Part shown: positions 55,208 to 64,000 of the stretch, in pieces
Position numbering within the stretch: the stretch's first letter is position 1
Layout: each line of letters opens with the position of its first letter
Origin: Octopus vulgaris
Lineage: Eukaryota
Assembly (NCBI GenBank): GCA_951406725.2
Contig: OX597837.1
Coordinates: 8,122,001-8,186,000 of the forward strand
DNA length: 64,000 bases
Direction: 5' to 3'
Program-made: the position numbers and the translations under genes
Notes under the pieces: generated by a model
The model's database searches: none
The model's input: only the letters and a program-made list of their open reading frames with translations
What the model was told of the DNA's origin: nothing

Positions 55208-55657
55208 CTATTTTCGGTTTAATTCCGGATTTAGAGTTCTTATAAAGTACTCTTCTTCTGCTTTTCCTGGTTGTACATTTTCATCGTTTATTTTGTAAAA
55301 TGGGAATAATTAAAATTTTCCATTTGCACGGATAGCTAGATGTTCACAGCATGGGACATTCCTAAGAGATGAATCTCTAATTTGTTGTTTATGAACCTTT
55401 ACACAGCTGCTCAGTTTCCTTCCTGTCACTCCAATATAGTTTTCCTTGCATTGTAGGCTTGTGACGCAGCAGACGAGGTATTTTTGTTTTGCAATTCATG
55501 TTTGTAATCACACTTAATTCCTTCCCATTCCTGAGTCTTTTCGTTGTCCCTTGCTCAATTAATTCGCTTGTCCCACAACAGGGATCTCTACGGTTGGGTA
55601 CTTGCATCATTTCATTTTCAAATGTGAATCTCGCCTTTGTTAGGAGTCTGTTTCGGT
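55208..55657 (-). pseudogene. Penelope-like element (Neptune-type) linker plus GIY-YIG endonuclease, disrupted
   Basis: Manual translation: RLLTKARF...DPCCGTSELIEQG...VITNMNCKTK/fs/YLVCCVTSLQCKENYIGVTGRKLSSCVKVHKQQI...EEEYFIRTLNPELNRK*, with one internal stop. Confidence 0.85.
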
Positions 55658-56367
55658 GTCTTTGTATGTGTAGGCGTGTGTTAGATGTGTAAGCGTGTGT
55701 TTCTCGCTACTTTCGCTTTCTTTATAAAATCATTCCCCTATTTGTTTTTTCTTTCATTTATTTCTTCTTCTTCTTCTTCTTCTTCTTCTTCTTCTTCTTC
55801 TTCTTCTTCTCCTCCTCCTTCTTATATTTTCTCCACTTCTATAGTGATCTATCCTTTTGTAGATACATACATACATACATACATATGCACAAAGAGATAT
55901 ATATATTTTGAGCGTGGGTGCGTATATGTTGTGTATACATGTATGTAGAATGCTTGGGTATGTATTTTTTAATGTGTATGGATATATATACATATATCAT
56001 ATCATATCATATTATATTATATTATATCTATAATATACATAATTATAACAAAGAATTGACATAATGTCTCAGAACGCGCTGAACATAGACGCCAAATGGC
56101 GCTAAAACTACCTTCGAAACTAAAAAAACACAAGTTGTAGTCGATCAAAAGCAAGATAATAAATTAAACTTTTAGTTAATCTCATTTCAAGCCAAAAAAT
56201 ATACCTACTGCAATCATCAGCGTCAATATTCCGTTGTATACATGTACATGTATCTATACACACCTATGACGAGTAGCGCCGCTGCACAGCAATGTGTATA
56301 CACACTTGCAAAAATATACTGCAAAAGGAGAATTTACATCTTTCTCTTCATGTATATAAACATACAA

Positions 56368-56620
56368 GTGGAGGCGCGTGGCTTAGTGGTTAGGTTGTCA
56401 GCACCATGATCGTGAGATTGTGGTTTCGATTCCTGGACCGGGCGACGCGTTGTGTTCTTGAACAAAACACTTCATTTCGCGTTGCTCCAGTCCACTCAGC
56501 TGGCAAGAAGGAGTACCGCTGCGATGGACTCGCGTCCCGTCCAGCTGGGGAACACATATGCCGTGGAAACCGGGAAACCGGGCCCATGAGCCTGGCTAGG
56601 CTTTAAAAGGGCGCATTTAT
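56368..56620 (+). mobile_element. SINE family C (V-domain-like), full length
   Basis: GTGGAGGCGCGTGGCTTAGTGGTTAGG head, GGTTTCGATTCC B box, CTGCGATGGACTCGCGTCCCGTCCAG V-domain-like motif, (ATT) tail. Confidence 0.88.
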
Positions 56621-57366
56621 TATTATTTATTATATAAACATACATGTATACATATATATAATATATACACATATACATGAATACTATATACAAGACACAT
56701 TGTATACTGAATAATATCATAAATATCATAAGAAAATGCAGTAATCGTATCTCTATGCCTTGAAGTGAATCATGAATTTATTTTGTATGTCGTTTAATAT
56801 ATCTGTAGCATTTTGTCGTCTGTAGCTAAAATAGTTGAATGATATAATCTTGCAAGAAGTGTTATAGAGTAATCTCCCTTTAGTAAGTTTCTTGGAAGAT
56901 TATATTTCGTGAGAAGTAATTCTTAATTATTCAAGAGGTTTCGCGTTTCGCTTGGAAGTTTCTAGAATGTCTAGCGTTCCATTAATAAAAACAGTTTGCT
57001 TGCCCTGCTCTTTGCTTCTTTGTCGATTAGACTCAGAGCCATTCACGTCGTTGCTATGTCCATCTATCTCTTTATGCCACAATACTAAAAACACTATTTA
57101 GCTGTTATTTTTACTATTCGGAACTTTCTTGCATAGATTACTTCATTTAATTAGATCCCACATTTTGATTATGTTTCATCGACAACCAGTGAATAAAATA
57201 TATGTTATGTAATAAATATATAGTTCCTAAATTTATTCTTCTTCTCTGTAAGAATTCTTCTAAGATACATGCAACATTTCTAAACATATATTCCCACTAC
57301 ATATCCTTATTCATCTTTGTTCTTCACAAACATGTCACCGTATATTCCAAGTTATTCCTCTTAGCT

Positions 57367-57800
57367 CATCCATCCATCCATCCATCCACCCATCCATCCA
57401 TCCATCCATCCATCCATCCATCCATCCATCCATCTATCAATCCATCCATCCATCCATCCATCTATCCATCCATCCATCCATCCATCTATCAATCCATCCA
57501 TCCATCTATCAATCCATCCATCCATCCATCCATCCATCCATCCATCCCTCCATCCATCCATCTATCCATCCATCCATCCATCCATCCATCCATCCATCCA
57601 TCCATCCATCCATCCATCCATCTATCCATCCATCCATCCATCTATCCATCCATCCATCCATCCATCCATCCATCCATCCATCCATCCATCCATCCATCCA
57701 CCTATCCATCCATCCATCCATCCATCCATCCATCTATCAATCCATCCATCCATCCATCCATCCATCCATCCATCCATCCATCCATCCATCCATCCATCCA
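57367..57800. repeat. (CCAT)n microsatellite
   Basis: Directly visible. Confidence 0.95.
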
Positions 57801-58888
57801 CGCTCATATATATGTATAAATATGTGCATATTTACCTACAGGCATCTATGTATCTACATACATACATACATACATATATGTGTGTGCGTAATAATATATA
57901 TACACACGTATTTATATAAGAATTCCCTATAATTTTATCTCCAGTGCTTTAGTGCTGAGATAAAATTAACTACACCACTCTGTCTCAATATATGGGGAAA
58001 CAAAATGATAATTAAGCTGGCAACATCTCTCTCAACAGAATTATTGCTTAAATTGCTATCTTCTTGTATATATTAACCAAATATAGTTAGCGACTCTACA
58101 CACAAAATTTTATTGCTTGTTGATGGAGCAACATACAATTATCCATGCATAAATTGAACAACCGGGACAAATCAAGCCCATTTTATACAATGCCTGACAA
58201 AGATTTATTATTACCTGTCACTGTTATTACAACGATACCTACTCAGACTGGAAGCTGTAATTACGTAAGGGTGAATGGTATTGTAATGTCAGAAGGTCGT
58301 AATTTATTTCTTGGTAGAATGGTAAATTTCTCCACCGTCAAAAATAATGTCAGCTTGAACGATGCGGTCACGTGAATGGATTATTCCAAACCGTTCGCCA
58401 TTACAGATCTTATTAGCTTTATTCAAATTTCACAATGGCGTTACTCCACATCCCGTTTTTTCAAGGTCAAAATATGGATGCGGTAATGTGTCATAATGTA
58501 CGGTAATGTATCGTAATTGCAGCCGTTTAGGAATTACGATGGATAATAGCATATATTGTCTTCCCCCATCGTTTACTTCCAGGGGAATCATTACTTTTGG
58601 TAATGACTGATTCACTGATTCTATGATGCTGTATAAGCGAATATATTGATAAAATCGTCGCTTATAGAATCAACTGCAGCATTTAGTATGATGCAGGATT
58701 ACTCGTCTTTTGAAACTCGAGGGAGATCCAATGGATTGCGAAAAACGTATATATTTGTATGTATGTATGTAAATATATACAAATATATATACACATATAT
58801 ACACACACTCATATCTATATCTATCTATCTATCTCTCTCTCTCTCTCTCTTTCTTTCTCTTTTTTTTCTCTCTCTCTATATATGTATC

Positions 58889-58956
<68 letters not shown>

Positions 58957-59091
58957 TGTATATATATATATGTGTGTGTGTATATATAAATATATATAAA
59001 TAAGGATAAGATCGTTATTTAAAATACCGATCATATCAGGTGGCCAGCATAGGAATAAAAACCGCATAAGTAATAATTATAATTTTAATAC

Positions 59092-59135
<44 letters not shown>

Positions 59136-59158
59136 GTAAATATATGCATATATGTATA

Positions 59159-59202
<44 letters not shown>

Positions 59203-59292
59203 TAAAATGTGTGTGTATGTGAGTGTGTGTCATAAATTAGAAGAAACATAAATATTTCTCTAATATCGAGGTCTCCTTTTTTTGTTACATTC

Positions 59293-59337
<45 letters not shown>

Positions 59338-59985
59338 TTTTTTTTTCTTCTTTCAAATTTGCTTCCATTTCTTGCCGAGTGTCTTCCCGACTCCTAGGGC
59401 AAAGAAACTCATAGTATACATTGGTAGGCCATTAAACCAAACCAGTAGTTCGTTCATTTTTTTTTTTTTAAAGTTAAATTAAAATACATGAGCAGCAACA
59501 GTTCTCACATCGACAATGCTCTTCTCAATACGTGTGATGTACCAGTTAAGACAATCTTTTGCACTTCTTGCAGGGATGGTAAGCCAGGGATCATTCTCAT
59601 ATAATTTTCGGTTCCCTTCTTGATCATTCCTAGTGCTCCTACGATCACTGGTATTGTAACCGCCTTGAGATGCCACATTTTCTCAATTTCAATGAGTAGG
59701 TCTTTATATTTTCTGAGCTTGTCAAACTCTTTCGCTGAGATATTATGATCACAGGGGATGCTCATGTCGATCAATAAGCAAACTTTATTGTTTTGGTCTT
59801 TCACAACAATATCTGGTTTATTGGCCTTGATGGTTCGGTCTGATGTACTGGAAAGTCCCACAGAATGGTTACATTTTCTCCTTCAGTTACAGCCGCAGGG
59901 TGGTGATTATACCACTCGTCGGCAGTTTTGATATTGTAATGCCGACTTATTAGCCAGTGGAGATATTGGCCAACTCTGTCATGTC

Positions 59986-59986
<1 letters not shown>
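59338..59986 (-). mobile_element. R4/Dong-clade LINE 3' end with restriction-like endonuclease, in (TAA)n
   Basis: RHDRVGQYLHW...ILWDFPV/fs/DRTIKANKPDIVV...LIDMSIP...EFDKLRKYKDL...PVIVGALG...stop at 59505 (RHD, PD..D, K..KY motifs). (ATT)n on both flanks. Confidence 0.92.
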
Positions 59987-60032
<46 letters not shown>

Positions 60033-60053
60033 GTTATTGTTATTGTTGTTGTT

Positions 60054-60086
<33 letters not shown>

Positions 60087-60121
60087 ATTATTATTATTTT
60101 ATTTACAGTATTTTCATTATC

Positions 60122-60340
60122 GCATACTGCAAGACAGCCTTCACTGGACGATACTTCAACTTCAATTCCCACCATCCATACAGTGTAAAGAGAGGGATTG
60201 CTCAGAAGAAAACACACCAAAAAACACAGTAAAAACACACCAAAAAAATCTTCCGGCCAAGGTCGAATCCGGAACGCCACAACTAGAATACAACTTCCAC
60301 AAAAACTGGTATACAAGTCGCTCGATCTTCGGAGGCATAG
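60122..60340 (+). pseudogene. Penelope-like reverse transcriptase thumb fragment
   Basis: YCKTAFTGRYFNFNSHHPYSVKRGIAQ resembles the PLE YRKPTHT..YL.F.SHHP motif. Downstream QLEYNFHKNWYTS in another frame resembles the NGYP motif. Confidence 0.7.
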
Positions 60341-60889
60341 GCACTCCCCCAAAACAGCAATTTTCACAAATTATTTTTAAAATTCACAAAACGTGAACAA
60401 ATTTTTAGTAGGCACGATACGTCTCCAAGCAACAATTCTCACAATTAAATGGGAAAAAATATTCACTTAACGTTAACCACAAACTTAGAAGACGGATACG
60501 CCCCAAACAAAAATTCTCACAACTGAGAAACAAATATTCACTCCACTGCAGGTAGACCAGGATTCAGAATCCAGTGAGGACTTCTTGGTTGTACAAAAAA
60601 ATTATTGCCGCAAACACAAAACCCCACTAGACCCAAAACACAAGAGTCTTGCCTTAAAGCGGAGCTTCAAAATTTTTCAATTCAAGACGGCTTCAAAATC
60701 ACGTGTTCACCGCTTCAGTGCCAAACACAACACTGACTCGCACATGCGCAGAAGCAAGCTTCTTACCACACCGCCATTCTCCTTAGCAACTCAGGTATAT
60801 TTTTCGATAATATTTCCTACATTATTATGGCGACGAAGATGTCGCACGCAATCTTTAACGCCAGTTTTTCCTCCTCTTTACTTTCCATA

Positions 60890-60987
60890 GACGCATTTCG
60901 TTCGTCTTTAACGTGCTGGGTTCAAATTCTGCCGAGGTCGACTTTAACTTTCATCATTTCAGGGTCAATAAAGTAAGCATTAGTTGA

Positions 60988-60990
<3 letters not shown>
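60890..60990 (+). mobile_element. SINE family A, internal fragment
   Basis: GCATTTCG...GGGTTCAAATTCTGCCGAGGTCGACTTT..CTTTCATC. Confidence 0.7.
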
Positions 60991-61077
<87 letters not shown>

Positions 61078-61114
61078 TATATATGTATGTATGTATGTAT
61101 GTATATATATATAC

Positions 61115-61200
<86 letters not shown>

Positions 61201-61202
<2 letters not shown>

Positions 61203-61499
61203 CAATAATAAATCTCTGAACGAGATGTAAACAGTAACCGCTCGACAACGTAAAGTATACTAGCCATCTCAATATGGCTAACCACTAAGGGTGGGTGTTA
61301 CTGTAGCTTGTAGCCCCAGGAGATCATCGTCTCCAGCTGGCTTTAGGCACACTTTCTGTGCTCTTCTGTGCACAGAAAGTGTGCCTAAAGAAAGTGTGCC
61401 TAAAGCCAGCTGGGGACAATGATCTCCTGGGGTTAGAAGCTACTGTATCACCCACCCTTAGTGGTTAGCCATATTGAGATGGCTAGTATATTTTACGTT
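61201..61499. repeat. Insertion in (TA)n containing a ~250-bp palindrome (61247-61499)
   Basis: Arms 61247-61361 and 61370-61499, with a 15-bp tandem duplication GAAAGTGTGCCTAAA at 61375/61390. Confidence 0.9.
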
Positions 61500-61503
61500 A
61501 TAA

Positions 61504-61534
<31 letters not shown>

Positions 61535-62084
61535 CATACACGCATACACATATATTCATCTAAACACATGCATTGTGGTAAACATCCAATCACATCACAG
61601 TACACATTACACTTATGACATTATCAACAATATCGACAGCAACAGCAAAAATCAACACTAACGCAGTGACGTCAGCTAGTGTTATCTCTGTAGCTTAACC
61701 ACGTCGCCGGCTACCTCAGACATTTTGTTTTTCGTATGGTTAGCGGTATTCTTTCATCTCAATTTCTAACTTGACTAACCTAAAACTTTGATACAGAAAC
61801 CTACTTAACATTTAAAGATGTGCTTTCGTAAGGAAACACTGCGACGTGCATGAATCATTGATTTGAAAAATAAAAGGAAAAATAACTATAAAAAACATCA
61901 TTTACAATGTACTGAAAAAATGTCTACTCAACCGGATATGGATATGATCAAAGATCTTAGAAAAAGTGAGAAAAAAGCTTCAAGAAATGACTGTTTTAAT
62001 GTTCTTTTTTTCTCTTTTGTTTTGAGAAAAGAGAAAAAGAATATTATTGTCGCAACATTACAAAATAACGCGGCGTGTTGACAA

Positions 62085-62290
62085 AATAATTAGCGCGTCG
62101 ACCAAGTTACTTAGCGACATCTCTTCCGGTTAATTACGTTCTGAATTCAAATTTCGTTGAGGTCGATTTTACTTCTGCTTTTCATCCCTTCGTGGGTGCC
62201 GGTAAAATAGAGTACCAGTGAAATACTGGAATCCATGGTATGGACAAATCCCCTTCTCTCTTAAATGGCTGGCCTTGTACCTAATTTAAA
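62085..62290 (+). mobile_element. SINE family A, diverged
   Basis: TTACGTTCTGAATTCAAATTTCGTTGAGGTCGA...TTTTCATCCC...GAGTACCAG...GGCCTTGTACCTA. Confidence 0.6.
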
Positions 62291-62356
62291 AACGTTATAT
62301 TGAATAGTGAAGTCGTAATGTTGTAGATGAAGGCGGCGAGCTGGTAATTCGCTACA

Positions 62357-62653
62357 GTGGAGGCACATGGACTAGTGGTTAGAGCAGCGGACTCGCGGTC
62401 GCGGGATCGCGGGTTCGAATCTCAGACCGGGCGATGTGTGTGTTTATGAGCGAAACACCTAAGCTCCACGCTTCTGGTGGCAGAAGGTAATGGCGAAACT
62501 TCTGCTGACTCTTCCGCCACAACTTTCTCTCACTCTTTCCTCCTGCATATTGCGACGGACCGGTGTCCCGTTCGGGTGGGGAACCTATACGCCAAGAAAC
62601 CAGGAAACCGGCCCTTATGAGCCAGGCATGGCTCGAGAAGGAACAAACAACAA
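62357..62653 (+). mobile_element. SINE (family D head, V-domain-like tail) nested in a family A head, with TSD
   Basis: GTGGAGGCACATGGACTAGTGGTTAGAGC...GGCTCGAGAAGGAACAAACAAC. AATTCG(C/T)TACAG at 62346 and 62654. The host head GGCGGCGAGCTGG resumes as AAATGCTTAGCGGTATTTC. Confidence 0.85.
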
Positions 62654-62944
62654 AATTCGTTACAGCTCCGGAAATTAAAATGCTTAGCGGTATTTCTTCC
62701 AACATTACGTCCCGAGGATCTTTACCTTTGACCGACAGATTTAAAAAATAATTTTTTGTAACTAAACACTTTCATACTTCGGACATTGGTAGAATGTTTC
62801 ATATAAAATATCTTTTACTCTTAGCGTTTTTGATAAAAGCTTATATTTAGGAAGTTATTTCACGTTAAAGTTGTAGTATTTCGGTAATTTCAGCCAATCA
62901 ATGACGTGTGTTCAGCTGAATAAAATTATTGCCGTTGTTTGTCA

Positions 62945-63580
62945 ACACCACCCAATTCGACACAACCCTAACACCACACCAACACCCCCACTACAACAAC
63001 CGGCCATCATCACAACGCGACACCACGCTCCCGCCCACCATATCAACCCACGGCCAACAACAATAACGATGACACCATCACCACCAAAACAGCAACCGAC
63101 GCCGCCGCCACGACCGCCGCCAACAGCACCATCACCATCAGCCACACCCATCCCAAAAGCACTCGCTTCGACACCACTCCACCACAGCCTCCCCCCCCAA
63201 CAAAAGCCCCACCACCTCCACCCCGCCACTCAACCAAACTCAACACAACACCCACCCCGACCTTCAACCTTCCACCCGCAACCAGCAACAATGATAACAC
63301 CAAAGACACAGCAACCGACGCCGCCGCCACAACCGCCGCCAACAACACCATCACCATAGCAATCAGCCACACCCATCCCAAAAGCCCTCGCCTCGACACC
63401 ACTCCACCACAGCCCCCACTACCGCCCCACAACCAAACCCAACACCCCACCCAAAACCCCACCACCACCTCGACCTCCACCATTCCACCTGCAACCAGCA
63501 ACAATGACAACACCATCACCACCCAAAGACATAGCAACCGACGCCGCAATCCCTCGCCGTGCCCATCACCCACCAACATC
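62945..63580. repeat. C/A-rich low-complexity region with ~219-bp tandem duplication
   Basis: ACAGCAACCGACGCCGCCGCCAC...CAGCCACACCCATCCCAAAAGC at ~63089 and ~63308, partial at ~63531. Confidence 0.8.
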
Positions 63581-64000
63581 AATAAATCCTCGTGAAATAC
63601 TAATTAAACGAGAAAGCAAAAACAATAAAAATAGATGTCCATATTTTTTAAAAGTCAACACGAACGTCAAATCTCCATTTGCTTCCATACATCAACGACA
63701 CCCCCCTCTTCTCCTTCCCGTCCTCCATCTTCTCTCTCTCTTCCGCCCCTCTACCTTCTCCCCCTTCCTCTCTCTCTTACCTTTCATTAAAGGCCTTAAG
63801 ATCTCCTCATGCGGTGAGTTCGAAACAAAGGATTTTCGGTTTTGGCAGAAGGAATGACGGGAGCTTTGTAAAGCTTATCTTTTTCAGACTTGAAAAATCA
63901 CATCACGCAGCTTCTTCCCCCACTTTCCTTCTTTCCTTCTTCGTTCGTTCGTTCGTTCGTTCCTTCCTTCCTTCCTTCCTTCCTTCCTCCCTCCCTCCCT

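Noticed and set aside
62901-63359. Pro/Thr-rich mucin- or extensin-like ORF (also 24589-24954)
   Set aside because: It arises from degenerate (ACC)n repeats and a local duplication, and multiple frames are open.

Overview
AT-rich, microsatellite-saturated eukaryotic DNA. The SINE set and the (TA)n/(TATG)n/(TCTA)n/(ATT)n density point to an octopus or other coleoid cephalopod (inference). No intact host protein-coding gene is supported, and nearly all listed ORFs are microsatellite translations. The window is a patchwork of mobile DNA. It holds about 25 tRNA-derived SINE copies of three types and 3' fragments of R4/Dong-, CRE-, RTE- and Tx1/L1-type LINEs. It also holds mariner/Tc1 remnants, a non-autonomous Helitron with a PIF1 helicase C-terminus, and two Penelope-like (PLE) coding remnants (RT thumb and GIY-YIG). 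The most interesting signal is non-coding: about 12 type I hammerhead ribozyme (HHR) motifs, read by eye. The main one is a near-identical ~596-bp ORF-less repeat array at 32626-34808. It has tandem copies and a central inversion, and each complete unit carries a canonical-core HHR with an unusually long stem II (retrozyme/PLE-like). Smaller divergent palindromes with the same design occur at 1840, 49057 and 61247. The minimal HHRs show C3-G8, U3-A8 and G3-C8 core covariation. Coordinates and folds were determined manually and have not been checked computationally.
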